The translations under genes were made by a program, and so were the position numbers. This document shows, piece by piece, positions 9,050 to 18,742 of a stretch of 52,003 bases of DNA. Source of the DNA: Clostridia bacterium (GTDB taxonomy: Bacteria; Bacillota; Clostridia; Christensenellales; Aristaeellaceae); the NCBI GenBank assembly GCA_017431365.1, contig JAFRLF010000001.1:1-52003 (forward strand), read 5' to 3'. The stretch's first letter is position 1; every line of letters starts with the position of its first letter. The notes under the pieces are model-generated. The model had not been told where the DNA came from and made no database searches. It worked only from the letters and a program-made list of their open reading frames with translations.

Positions 9050-10120
9050 GTTGATAAAGGCTTCCAGCCTGCGCCGCGCCGCCTCGAGGTCGGGCACGAT
9101 GACGTCCATTCCTGAAATCCTCTTGCTCTGATACTCGCCCACGTATGGCAGGTACAGCTGGTCGAAGGAGGCGTCGTACATGTTGTACATGATGGGTATC
9201 AGGGAAATGATATCGCTGAGGGTCAGGTTCGTCTCCATGCGCTCCATGGCCATGGACGCAATGCGGCTCAGGTCGAGGATGGACATGTCTCTCAGCTTCT
9301 CAAACACCTTCCACAGCACCTCGCGCTGCCGCTCAGTGCGCTGAAAATCGGACTCGCCCCTTCTGTACCGGGCATAGGCCTGGGCCTGCTTGCCGTTCAT
9401 GTGCTGCTCGCCGGTGCGCGTCAGGAAGTCGCTGTTCGCCTCCAGGTGAAACTGGTAGTTATACCCGTCGATCACGCCGTTGATGGCGGCGAGCTGCTTT
9501 TCGGAAACCACCGTCAGCGTCAGCCCGCCGATCTCGTCCAGCATGTCGGTGAGCAGGGTCAGGTCCACGGCCACGTACTCGTCCACCGTCAGGCCGTAGT
9601 TGTACTGCAGCGTCTCCCGGAGCAGGTCAAACCCGCCGTACACCCAGGCGGCGTTGATGCGGTTGTTCCCGCGCCCGGGCAGGGTGACATAAGAGTCCCG
9701 CAAAAAAGAGGTCATGCGGATCTCGTTGCGGTTGCCGTCCACGGTCAGCACGATGATCGTGTCCGAGCGGGAACGTCCCTCGCCCGGACGCGCGTCCAGG
9801 CCCACGAGCAGGATATTGCGGATGCCATCCACGGTGTCGATCAGCTCTCCCGTACCGATGAGGTAGTCCGCCACCTCGCTGTCCAGCTGAGCGATCATCT
9901 CCGCGTCCAGCAGCCCCTGATAGGAATAGTCGTCGTCCGGCATCGCCGGCGCGACAGGCGCGGCGTCCGCCGCCTCGTCCGCCTCGGCGTCACCGCTTGC
10001 GCCGGTCTGCGACGCGCCCGACTGCGTCCCCGCCAACGACGCGCCCGTCAGCATAAGTCCCATGCACAGCACAAGGCACAGGCACGCTCGGATCCAAACT
10101 GAAAATCTCTCTGTCATCAT
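9044..10120 (-). CDS. LCP family protein (LytR-CpsA-Psr cell-envelope phosphotransferase)
   Basis: N-terminal TM anchor then LCP domain (ILLVGLDARPGEGRSRSDTIIVLTVDGNRNEIRMTSFLRDSYV). ORF track starts at 10147 with no RBS; the ATG at 10120 has GAGGAG 7 nt upstream. Confidence 0.8.
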   Translation of the reverse strand: MMTERFSVWIRACLCLVLCMGLMLTGASLAGTQSGASQTGASGDAEADEAADAAPVAPAMPDDDYSYQGLLDAEMIAQLDSEVADYLIGTGELIDTVDGIRNILLVGLDARPGEGRSRSDTIIVLTVDGNRNEIRMTSFLRDSYVTLPGRGNNRINAAWVYGGFDLLRETLQYNYGLTVDEYVAVDLTLLTDMLDEIGGLTLTVVSEKQLAAINGVIDGYNYQFHLEANSDFLTRTGEQHMNGKQAQAYARYRRGESDFQRTERQREVLWKVFEKLRDMSILDLSRIASMAMERMETNLTLSDIISLIPIMYNMYDASFDQLYLPYVGEYQSKRISGMDVIVPDLEAARRRLEAFINR

Positions 10121-10255
10121 GTATGCGCTCCTCAGGGCGTCGGTCATGCGGTCACATCGGACACACAGCTAAAGCCATTTTACGGAATTATATCATCGCA
10201 ACGTTATATCCCTGTGAATTTCCTCCGAGCTTTTATACGTTTTTCGCCCGAATAC

Positions 10256-10290
10256 TGTACAATGCAGACGTTGTTGTGGTATAATCATTC
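10256..10290 (+). promoter_or_regulatory. Putative sigma-A promoter with extended -10 (TGgTATAAT) for HlyC/CorC gene
   Basis: TGTACA-N18-TGGTATAAT about 45 nt upstream of the TTG start in an AT-rich divergent intergenic region. Confidence 0.35.
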
Positions 10291-10332
10291 AATAATACCC
10301 GGCAAACGCCGGTTTCAATCGGAGGAATCATC

Positions 10333-11679
10333 TTGGATCCTGTTCCCTTGTGGCCATCTCTTTTGCTCACGCTGGGTCTGATCGCACTGACGTTTATTCT
10401 CACGCTTCTGGAATCCGCGGCTGAAGACCTGACCGAAAGCCGTCTGGAACGCATGAAGGACGAGGGCAGCGACCGCGCCGCCTCGATCCTTGAAAAGCTG
10501 CCCCGATGCGGGGGCATGCTCTCCGCCATTCACTCGGCACTGCTTCTGACAGCGCTCATATGCGGGGCCCTGCCCCTCGTCTCGCTCACGGGCTGGCTCG
10601 TCCGCGCGATCGGCGTGACAGACGTCGCGGCGTGGCCGGGGAGCGGGCTTTTTGCCGTCTGCCTTGCCGCGGCGCTGCTGGTCATGACGGCGCTGATGCG
10701 CCTGTTCGGGCGCGAGCTGCCCCGCCGCGTCGCCGCCAGGCACGCCGACCGGCTCGTCGTGGCCCTGTTCGGCGCGCTGCGGTTTATTCAGGGCCTGTTC
10801 AGTCCGCTGACGGCGCTCGTCACCGGCGGGACGCGGATGCTGCTGCGCCTGTTCGGCATCGACCCGGACAAGGCTGACGAGGACATCACCGAGGACGAGA
10901 TCCTCGCCATGGTGGACATCGGCGAGGAAAACGGCTCCATCGAGAGCAATGAAAAGGAACTCATCGAGAATATCTTTGACTTCAGCAATATGACGGCTGA
11001 GGACTGCATGATCCACCGCACGGACGTGACGGCCATCGACGTGGACATCGGCGAGGACGAGCTCATCGACCTGATCCGGGAGACGGGCTTCTCGCGCTTC
11101 CCGGTCTACGGCGACGACATCGACGACATCGTCGGCATGCTGACCACGCGGTCGTATCTGCTGAACGCGCGCCTGCCCGAGGGCGAGCGCAAGACCGTCC
11201 GCGAGCTCATGCGCCCGGCGTACTTCGTCCCTGAAACCGTGCCCACCGACGTCCTCTTCCGCGAAATGCAGGCAAAGAAGAATCACATGGCCATCGTGGT
11301 GGACGAGTACGGCGGCACCAGCGGCATCATCACGCTGGAGGACCTGCTGGAGGAGATCGTCGGCAACATCTACGACGAGTTCGACCCCCAGTCCGGGCAG
11401 GACATCATCCCCCTGGCGGACGGGAGCTGGAAGGTCGCCGGAAGCGTCGAGCTGGAGCCTCTGTGCGAGGCTCTTGGCATCGACGAAATCGAATCCGAGG
11501 AGTTCGACACCCTTGGCGGAATGGTCTTCAGCCAGCTGACCACCATCCCGGACGACGGCAGCCACCCGGAAGTCGAGTGCTACGGGCTGCACATCCGCGT
11601 GGACGAGCTCACCGACCGCCGGGTCGAGTGGGCCACCGTGCGAAAGCTGGATCCAAAGGCTGAGGACAGCGAAGTCTGA
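10333..11679 (+). CDS. HlyC/CorC (CNNM) family transporter: DUF21 membrane domain - CBS pair - CorC_HlyC domain
   Basis: N-terminal 4-TM DUF21 region, tandem CBS motifs, C-terminal transporter-associated domain; TTG start with GGAGG RBS. Confidence 0.85.
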   Translation: MDPVPLWPSLLLTLGLIALTFILTLLESAAEDLTESRLERMKDEGSDRAASILEKLPRCGGMLSAIHSALLLTALICGALPLVSLTGWLVRAIGVTDVAAWPGSGLFAVCLAAALLVMTALMRLFGRELPRRVAARHADRLVVALFGALRFIQGLFSPLTALVTGGTRMLLRLFGIDPDKADEDITEDEILAMVDIGEENGSIESNEKELIENIFDFSNMTAEDCMIHRTDVTAIDVDIGEDELIDLIRETGFSRFPVYGDDIDDIVGMLTTRSYLLNARLPEGERKTVRELMRPAYFVPETVPTDVLFREMQAKKNHMAIVVDEYGGTSGIITLEDLLEEIVGNIYDEFDPQSGQDIIPLADGSWKVAGSVELEPLCEALGIDEIESEEFDTLGGMVFSQLTTIPDDGSHPEVECYGLHIRVDELTDRRVEWATVRKLDPKAEDSEV

Positions 11680-11693
11680 AAAAGGAGTCCCGC

Positions 11694-12398
11694 ATGCAGC
11701 GCAGCGTCAAAGTCAACGGAGAAATCATAGATTACACCCTGATCAAAACCGCCCGCGCCTCGGTGGAGATCCGCGTCCTGCCGAACGAGATTCGACTCTT
11801 CGCGCCTCAGAGCTATCCGCTGCGGCGGGCCGATCAGCTCGTAAGGGACAAGGCCGACTGGATCGCGCAGGCGCGCCGCCGCTTTACCGAATACGAAGCC
11901 CGGGAGGCTGCCCTCTACCCCATGACCGACGGCATGCCCGTGCCCGTCGAAGGGCGGCAGTACACGCTGCGCGTAACATACGGCACGCGCAGCAGCGCGT
12001 ATCAGGCGGGCGACGAACTCGTGATCATCACGCCGGATACCGCACCGGACAAAGTGCGCGAAGCCCTGCGCGGCTATCTGATCGGCCGCGCGCAGCAGAG
12101 AATTCGCGAGCGGCTGGATCACTTCATTCCCCTCGTCGGGCGCGCACCCGGCCGCGTCACCATCCGCGAACAGCGCACCAAATGGGGCAGCTGCTCCGGA
12201 CAGGGAAACCTCAACTTCAACTGGAAGCTGATCATGGCCCCGCCCGAGGCGCTGGATTACGTGGTCATCCACGAGCTGTGTCATCTGTACGAATTCAACC
12301 ACTCCCCCAGATTCTGGGAGCGCGTGTCCCGGTACATGCCGGAATACGCCGTCTGGCGGGATTTCCTCCGCTCCGGGTGGGCGCACCCGTTCCCCTGA
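11694..12398 (+). CDS. DUF45/YgjP-like zinc metallopeptidase (M48/WLM-like, HExxH)
   Basis: HELCHLYEFNHSPRFW motif typical of the YgjP/DUF45 family; RBS AAAGGAG; 14 nt after the upstream gene. Confidence 0.8.
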   Translation: MQRSVKVNGEIIDYTLIKTARASVEIRVLPNEIRLFAPQSYPLRRADQLVRDKADWIAQARRRFTEYEAREAALYPMTDGMPVPVEGRQYTLRVTYGTRSSAYQAGDELVIITPDTAPDKVREALRGYLIGRAQQRIRERLDHFIPLVGRAPGRVTIREQRTKWGSCSGQGNLNFNWKLIMAPPEALDYVVIHELCHLYEFNHSPRFWERVSRYMPEYAVWRDFLRSGWAHPFP

Positions 12399-12488
12399 AC
12401 ATTCGCTAAGATTCGCTTTTATGACCGGCAAAACGAATATACGTGGCAAAACCGACAATGCAGAAGCGGATTAAAGGAGTGCCGTCTT

Positions 12489-13970
12489 ATGATAGAACGC
12501 TCAATTGAATATTACCAGGAGCTTGTCCACTCGTTAGCCGCCTTGCCGACAGAGGTAGAATGGGTTGAATTCAAAGTAAATAATAAAGATCCGGAACGGA
12601 TTGCGAAATATATCTCTGGATTAAGTAATGTGGCCACGCTTCTCGACCGGTCGAATGCCTACATTGTATGGGGAATTGAGAACGAAAGCCATAGAATCAT
12701 TGGCACAGATTTTGAATACAGAAAGGCGAAAAAGGGAAACCTGGAGTTGGAACTGTGGCTTGCGCAGCAAATCAATCCCAAGATCGGTTTTACTTTCCAT
12801 GAAGTACCTTATCGGGACGAGAGTGGAAGTATGATTCGTGTAACGCTGATTGAAATACCTTGTGCTGAAGGCGAACCGACCAGATATGGAAGTGTGGGTT
12901 ACATTCGTATCGGGAGCAATCTGAAACATTTATCAGAGTTCAAAGAGAAGGAAGCTGAACTTTGGAGAAAGTTTGACAAAACGCCCCTCGAAAAGAGAAT
13001 AGCCTATACAGAAGCCAGCGAGGATGACGTAGTTACTCTGTTGGATTATCCCGGTTATTATCGCAAACTGGGATTGCCGATTCCTGGTAATCGGGATAAG
13101 GTACTGCATGATTTGAGCGACGAGAAATTTATATATAAAAACGATGGTGGTACATGGGATATCACGAATTATGGTGCGTTAATGATTGCCGTAAATCTGA
13201 AAAAGTTTGAACGACTGAGCAAACGTGTCGTCCGCGTCATTCGCTATCCGGACAAATCACGCCTAGGTGGAATCAGCGAGCGTGAGTTTTCTTCCGGATA
13301 CGTGATTTCTTTTGAGGAGATTGTAACTTATATTATGACAGTCATACCGCAAGAAGAGATCATGGAAAGAGGAATTCGCAGACAAAAGTACAACTTCCCA
13401 GAAAGTGCTATCCGTGAATTATTGGCAAATACATTGGTTCATCAGGCATTGGATCAATATGGCACAAACCCTATGATAGAAATTTTTGTGGATAGAATCG
13501 AGTTCTCCAATGCAGGCGCTCCTCTGGTGGCAATCGAACGTATTATTGATACCGTTCCTCTGTCCAGAAATGAAAATATGGCGGGATTCATGCATCGCTG
13601 TGGTATTTGCGAAGAACGCGGCAGTGGCTATGACAAGATTATTGCTGCCACGAGTGCAGATGCATTATTGGCTCCGAAAATCGAAAACCAAAATAATCAA
13701 TTTACAAAAGTAACGCTGTTCTCCAAGGTTCCCTTTGAGTTGACAGCAAAGGAGGATCGCGTTCGTACCTGCTATATGTTCGCATGTCTTGCATTCGTCA
13801 ATTCGTCATCGATTTCCAATGCGGATATCCGGTCTGCGTTTGGATTGGAAGAGAGTGAAAAAGTCAAAGCGTCTCGGGTGATACGCGATACAATAAGCTC
13901 AAAACTGATCAAGCCTGTGGATCCTTCAACGGCGCCGAGATATATGAGATATGTCCCTTTCTGGGCTTGA
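12489..13970 (+). CDS. AlbA_2 (Schlafen-like) N-terminal domain / HATPase_c_4 C-terminal domain protein (putative ATP-dependent DNA-binding regulator)
   Basis: N-terminus EWVEFKVNN...ISGLSN (AlbA_2 signature), C-terminal HATPase_c_4-like region; low GC (~42%); AAAGGAGTG RBS. Confidence 0.7.
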   Translation: MIERSIEYYQELVHSLAALPTEVEWVEFKVNNKDPERIAKYISGLSNVATLLDRSNAYIVWGIENESHRIIGTDFEYRKAKKGNLELELWLAQQINPKIGFTFHEVPYRDESGSMIRVTLIEIPCAEGEPTRYGSVGYIRIGSNLKHLSEFKEKEAELWRKFDKTPLEKRIAYTEASEDDVVTLLDYPGYYRKLGLPIPGNRDKVLHDLSDEKFIYKNDGGTWDITNYGALMIAVNLKKFERLSKRVVRVIRYPDKSRLGGISEREFSSGYVISFEEIVTYIMTVIPQEEIMERGIRRQKYNFPESAIRELLANTLVHQALDQYGTNPMIEIFVDRIEFSNAGAPLVAIERIIDTVPLSRNENMAGFMHRCGICEERGSGYDKIIAATSADALLAPKIENQNNQFTKVTLFSKVPFELTAKEDRVRTCYMFACLAFVNSSSISNADIRSAFGLEESEKVKASRVIRDTISSKLIKPVDPSTAPRYMRYVPFWA

Positions 13971-13972
13971 TT

Positions 13973-14097
13973 TAAGTTTCCGTAAGTTACAAGGCGAGGG
14001 GAGGCAGCAGGGCAACAACTGAAAGAACGGCCTGAACTACCCCAAAATCAGGTGTTTTTGAAATCGGCAATCCCGGATCCTAAGTTTCCGTAAGTTT
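13973..14097. repeat. Two copies of a 16-17 bp direct repeat TAAGTTTCCGTAAGTT(T) (13973-13988 and 14081-14097) in the intergenic region after the low-GC gene
   Basis: Exact 16-bp identity, 92 bp apart, in a ~240 bp AT-rich non-coding stretch. Confidence 0.8.
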
Positions 14098-14252
14098 CAG
14101 ACTATGGATTTAGTGGTTCGACAAATAAGCTAAACGCATATTCCCATGATTGATGCGACAACACGAGATCTAGTATTTTCGCTTGTCCATAAAAGGGAAT
14201 ACAACCTTCAATTATGTCCCTCGAAAAGAACTGTCACCGAAAGGATGATACC

Positions 14253-14903
14253 ATGTCTTACGAATACAACATCCGCTACCTGAAGGGCGCGGCAGCCCTC
14301 CCTCTTTCCGGCGCCTTCGACCCAACCGAGATTCCCGAGCCCTGGAAATCCCTTGACGAGGCCGTCCTCGACCAGATGCCCTGGGGCGGGGACTACAAGC
14401 CCGACACCCGGGCACGCGCGGGCTGGAACGAGCAAGGCATCCACGTGCTGATGTACTCCAACGAGCCGCAGATCCGCGCCGAGGTGCTCGTGCACGGCGG
14501 GCCCGTCTGCACGGACTCCTGCGTGGAATTCTTCCTCATGCCGAACCCGGACAGCGGGCTGTACCTCAACTGCGAGGTCAACCCGCAGGGCATCGTCCAT
14601 CTGGGCGTGGGCGACGGGCGCTACGGCCGCCTGGTCATGTCCGTCCTGCCTGAAGGCATGAACGTCACCCACTCGGATCACAGCGGCGGCTGGTGGGCCG
14701 TGAGCTACACCCTGCCCGCCGATTTCATCCGCTCGAAACTCGACGGCAATATCCAGATCAACCAAGCCATGCGGGGGAATTTCTACAAGTGCGGCGACAA
14801 AACCGCCCACCCTCACTACGTCATGTTCAAGCCCTACGACACCGAAAAGCCGGACTATCACCGGCCCGAGCTGTTCGCCCCCATGACGCTGACGGGCGTC
14901 TGA
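14253..14903 (+). CDS. Carbohydrate-binding family 9 (CBM9)-like protein
   Basis: MSYEYNIRYLKG... with conserved W/G/D positions of CBM9-like sugar-binding domains; AAAGGA RBS 8-9 nt upstream of the 14253 ATG. The ORF track start at 14214 is likely too far upstream. Confidence 0.5.
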   Translation: MSYEYNIRYLKGAAALPLSGAFDPTEIPEPWKSLDEAVLDQMPWGGDYKPDTRARAGWNEQGIHVLMYSNEPQIRAEVLVHGGPVCTDSCVEFFLMPNPDSGLYLNCEVNPQGIVHLGVGDGRYGRLVMSVLPEGMNVTHSDHSGGWWAVSYTLPADFIRSKLDGNIQINQAMRGNFYKCGDKTAHPHYVMFKPYDTEKPDYHRPELFAPMTLTGV

Positions 14904-14928
14904 CGCTCAGGTAAGGAAACAATTCTCT

Positions 14929-16281
14929 ATGGATCAGAACAAGGATCAGATTTCACTGTTTGACGCGCCCGCGCCGGACGCGGAGCGCCCCGCCTATCAG
15001 CCCCTGGCCGCCCGGCTGAGGCCGAAGTCCCTCGACCAGTTCGTGGGGCAGACGCACCTGCTCGGCAAGGGCGCGGCGCTGCGCCGGCTGATCGAGAGCG
15101 ACCAGATCAGCTCCATGATCTTCTGGGGGCCGCCGGGCGTGGGCAAGACCACCCTGGCCCAGATCATCGCCGGGCGCACGCAGTCCGCGTTCATCGAGTT
15201 CTCCGCCGTGACCAGCGGCATCAAGGACATCCGCGACGTCATGCAGAAGGCGGACGACAACCGCCGCTTCGGGCAGAGGACCATCGTCTTCGTGGACGAA
15301 ATACACCGCTTCAACAAGGCGCAGCAGGACGCCTTCCTTCCCTTCGTCGAGAAGGGGAGCATCGTCCTCATCGGCGCGACGACGGAAAACCCCTCTTTCG
15401 AGGTCAACGCCGCGCTCTTGTCCCGCTGCAAGGTGTTCGTCCTCAGAGCGCTTGAAAAGGCGGACATCGTGACCCTGCTTGAGCGCGCGCTCAAGGACCC
15501 GCAGGGCTTCGGCGGGGAATCCGTCCGGATGGCCGAGGGGACGCTCGACCGGATCGCCGTCTGCGCCAACGGGGACGCGCGCACGGCCCTGTCCACCCTT
15601 GAAATGGCCGTCCTCAACGGGGATCTGATGGAGGACGGGAGTCTTCAGGTCACGCACGAGACGCTGGACAGGTGCACGTCCCGCAAGTCCCTCCTCTACG
15701 ACAAAAACGGCGAGGAACACTACAACCTCATCTCCGCGCTGCACAAGTCCATGCGCAATTCCGACCCGGACGCCGCGGTGTACTGGCTCATGCGCATGCT
15801 GGAGGCGGGCGAGGATCCCATATACATCATCCGGCGGGTGATCCGCTTCGCCAGCGAGGACGTGGGCCTGGCCGACCCGCAGGCCCTTCAGCAGGCGGTG
15901 GCGGCGTATCACGCCTGCCATCTGATCGGCATGCCGGAGTGCAGCGTGCACCTGTGCCAGGCGGTGGTATACGTGGCCCTGGCGCCCAAGTCCAACGCCC
16001 TGGACGTGGCCGTCATGGAAGCTGGAAAGGACGCCCGCGAAGCCCTCAGCGAACCGGTGCCCCTGCACCTTCGAAACGCGGTCACCGGCCTTATGAAAGA
16101 CCTGGACTACGGCAAGGGCTATCAATACGCCCACGATTACGACGAAAAGCTCACGGCCATGACCTGCCTGCCGGAGGACATGGCGGACAGGCGTTACTAT
16201 CGCCCCGCGGGTCAGGGCTGCGAAAAGGCGCTGTTGGAGCGGCTCGAGCAGATCAGGGCCTGGAAAAAGGAACACGCCTGA
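14929..16281 (+). CDS. rarA: Replication-associated recombination protein A (RarA/MgsA AAA ATPase)
   Basis: Walker A GPPGVGKTT, Walker B VFVDEIHRF, sensor and C-terminal MgsA helical domain; typical 450 aa length. Confidence 0.9.
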   Translation: MDQNKDQISLFDAPAPDAERPAYQPLAARLRPKSLDQFVGQTHLLGKGAALRRLIESDQISSMIFWGPPGVGKTTLAQIIAGRTQSAFIEFSAVTSGIKDIRDVMQKADDNRRFGQRTIVFVDEIHRFNKAQQDAFLPFVEKGSIVLIGATTENPSFEVNAALLSRCKVFVLRALEKADIVTLLERALKDPQGFGGESVRMAEGTLDRIAVCANGDARTALSTLEMAVLNGDLMEDGSLQVTHETLDRCTSRKSLLYDKNGEEHYNLISALHKSMRNSDPDAAVYWLMRMLEAGEDPIYIIRRVIRFASEDVGLADPQALQQAVAAYHACHLIGMPECSVHLCQAVVYVALAPKSNALDVAVMEAGKDAREALSEPVPLHLRNAVTGLMKDLDYGKGYQYAHDYDEKLTAMTCLPEDMADRRYYRPAGQGCEKALLERLEQIRAWKKEHA

Positions 16282-16294
16282 GAGGATTTTATTT

Positions 16295-16863
16295 ATGCCG
16301 GAAAGTCAAAACATTGAATTCAAGGAATCATGGCGCGACGATTACCTGAAATGGATATGTGGATTTGCCAATGCTCAGGGCGGAACTATAGTTGTGTGCT
16401 GCCAGAAGGCTGGACTATAAACACGCTGACAGAACCACACAGCTCCAATCCATATAATCCAGATATCGCAAATGTCTTTTACCGTGCCGGATACATAGAA
16501 CATTGGGGACGAGGCATCCAGAAAATTTGCGACGCCTGCAAGGAATTGGGAGCGGATCCTCCGGAATATGAACTCATCGGTCACGATTTGCGCGTACATT
16601 TCAAGGCATTACAGAGCGCCCTCATAAAGGACAGCAACGATCCAAAGGATCAACCTGATACTTTAGGTGATACTTTGAATGATACTTTGGCAGATACTAT
16701 TATCTCCCTGCTGCAAAAAAATCCTAAAATCACGCAAGAAGAAATAGCAAAGGCCAGCAAGGCTTCTATACCTACCATAAAACGGGCTATGAAGATACTT
16801 TCAGACACTGGCAGGATTAACCGAATAGGTGGAAAACGCTATGGTTATTGGGAAACGCATTGA
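16295..16863 (+). pseudogene. Decayed remnant of an AlbA_2/HATPase_c_4 family gene (N-terminal 41 codons in one frame, C-terminal ~150 codons in another; internal deletion)
   Basis: 16295-16420 encodes MPESQNIEFKESWRDDYLKWICGFANAQGGTIV then derails into a stop. The 16330..16863 ORF carries the typical C-terminal end of HATPase_c_4 (NPDIANVFYRAGYIEHWGRGIQKI) and a winged-helix tail. Total length is about one third of the intact paralog at 12489..13970. Confidence 0.6.
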
Positions 16864-16922
16864 CTCATAGGCGTTTAATGAAATAAAACAATAAATTGTT
16901 ACAGCACAGGAGGAATCATCAT

Positions 16923-18005
16923 ATGAAAAAGTATCGCGTAGGCATTATCGGCGCTACGGGCATGGTCGGACAGAGGTTTTTGTCCCTGCTGGAAAACCAT
17001 CCCTGGTTTGACGTCACCGCGCTGGGCGCGAGCGCCCGCTCGGCCGGACAGTCCTATGAGGACGCCGTAAAGGACCGCTGGGCGTTTACCTGGCCCATTC
17101 CGGAAAAGTATCGGGGCATGAAGGTCGTCGACGCCGCCGACATAAAGGGCATCGCCGACCGGTGCGATTTCGTCTTCTGCGCCGTGAACATGCCCAAGGC
17201 CGAGATCCTGGCCCTGGAGGAGGCCGTCGCCCGGACGGAAACGCCCGTGGTCTCCAACAACTCCGCCAACCGCTGGACGGAGGACGTGCCCGTCTTCATC
17301 CCCGAGATCAACCCGGAGCACGCCGAAGTCATCGAACACCAGCGCCGCCGCCTGGGCACGAAGCGCGGTTTCATCACCGCCAAGCCCAACTGCTCCATCC
17401 AGAGCTACGTGCCGGCCCTGAGCCCGCTGCGCCCCTTTGGGATCGAGAAGATCAGCGTCTGCACCTATCAGGCCATCTCCGGCGCGGGAAAGACCTTCGC
17501 CCGCTGGCCTGAGATGGTGGACAACGTGATCCCCTTCATCGGCGGCGAGGAAGAGAAGAGCGAGCGCGAGCCCCTGAAGATCTGGGGTCATGTCGAGGAC
17601 GGCCGCATCGTGACGGCGCAAAAGCCCGTCATCTCGGCCCAGTGCTATCGCGTGGCGGTGTCCGACGGCCACATGGCGGCGGTATCCGTCTCCTTCGAAA
17701 AGAAGCCGCCCCGGGACGAGATAATCGCCCTCTGGCGCGCCTATCAGGGCGAACCGCAGAAGCTGAACCTCCCCTCCGCGCCGGAGCACTTCATCACGTA
17801 CTTTGACGAGGACGACCGCCCCCAGACCCGCCTCGACCGCGACAATGAAAAGGGCATGGGCGTCAGTGTGGGACGCCTTCGCGAGGACAGCCTGTTCGAC
17901 TACAAGTTCGCCTGTCTGTCCCACAACACCGTCCGCGGCGCGGCGGGCGGCGCGATCCTCTCCGCCGAGATGCTCTGTGCCAAGGGCTACATCGAGAACA
18001 AGTGA
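16923..18005 (+). CDS. asd: Aspartate-semialdehyde dehydrogenase
   Basis: N-terminal Rossmann [13 protein letters not shown], catalytic Cys region ([10 protein letters not shown]) and histidine; AGGAGG RBS before the 16923 ATG (ORF track TTG at 16896 unlikely). Confidence 0.9.
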   Translation: MKKYRVGIIGATGMVGQRFLSLLENHPWFDVTALGASARSAGQSYEDAVKDRWAFTWPIPEKYRGMKVVDAADIKGIADRCDFVFCAVNMPKAEILALEEAVARTETPVVSNNSANRWTEDVPVFIPEINPEHAEVIEHQRRRLGTKRGFITAKPNCSIQSYVPALSPLRPFGIEKISVCTYQAISGAGKTFARWPEMVDNVIPFIGGEEEKSEREPLKIWGHVEDGRIVTAQKPVISAQCYRVAVSDGHMAAVSVSFEKKPPRDEIIALWRAYQGEPQKLNLPSAPEHFITYFDEDDRPQTRLDRDNEKGMGVSVGRLREDSLFDYKFACLSHNTVRGAAGGAILSAEMLCAKGYIENK

Positions 18006-18007
18006 TC

Positions 18008-18649
18008 ATGAAAAAACGCATACTCTGCTTCGGCGATTCCAACACCTACGGCACCCGCCCCAACGGCGGCCGTTTTGACGAGCAGACGCGCTGGCCAGCC
18101 CGCATGGGGCAGCTCCTGGGCGACGGGTACGCCGTCGTGGAAGAGGGCTTCGGCGGGCGCACCACCGTTTTCGACGATCCGGTCGAGGGCGGATACAAGA
18201 GCGGAGCGGATTACCTGCCGCCCTGCCTGATGAGCCACAATCCGCTGAGCCTGGTCATCCTCATGCTGGGCGCAAACGACGCGAAGGCCCGCTTCCACAT
18301 GTCCGCCCGCACCATCGCCGAGGGATGCATGCGCCTGATCCGCCTCGTCCGACTGTACGGCATGGACGAGGTCGGCCAGCCGCCGAAGATCCTCCTCGCG
18401 GCGCCGCCGCCCATCGGCGAATGGGTCATGGACACGCCCTACGCCCAGGTCTTCGGCCCGGAGGCGGCCGCCGTGACCCGGGGCTTTGCCGCCGAATACG
18501 CGCGCTACGCCCGGCTGATGCGCTGCGCGTTTTTCGACGCCGGATCCGTCTGCGCCTGTTCCCGGGAGGACGCCATCCACCTGACGGCTGAGGGGCATAA
18601 GGCTCTGGCGGAGGCTCTGGCGGAGGAAGTCAGGCATCTGAATCTGTAG
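18008..18649 (+). CDS. SGNH/GDSL-family hydrolase (lipase/esterase)
   Basis: Block I ILCFGDSNTYG with catalytic Ser, GGR/GAND blocks and C-terminal D-x-x-H; starts 2 nt after the asd stop. Confidence 0.8.
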   Translation: MKKRILCFGDSNTYGTRPNGGRFDEQTRWPARMGQLLGDGYAVVEEGFGGRTTVFDDPVEGGYKSGADYLPPCLMSHNPLSLVILMLGANDAKARFHMSARTIAEGCMRLIRLVRLYGMDEVGQPPKILLAAPPPIGEWVMDTPYAQVFGPEAAAVTRGFAAEYARYARLMRCAFFDAGSVCACSREDAIHLTAEGHKALAEALAEEVRHLNL

Positions 18650-18689
18650 TTCTCCCATGATCAGCCAACGCCCTATATGTATAAAAATA

Positions 18690-18729
18690 TCGGCCTGCCC
18701 TCGCGATGAGGTCAGGCCGATTTGATTTG
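18690..18729. terminator. Bidirectional hairpin terminator between convergent genes (GDSL hydrolase / Cys-rich protein)
   Basis: TCGGCCTG...CAGGCCGA stem with inner CCTC/GAGG extension followed by TTTGATTTG. Confidence 0.55.
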
Positions 18730-18742
18730 CAGATCCGCCGGC

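Noticed and set aside
14100-14135. tRNA-like T-loop string GGTTCGAC near the direct repeats
   Set aside because: No acceptor/T-stem complementarity could be found; no cloverleaf can be drawn.
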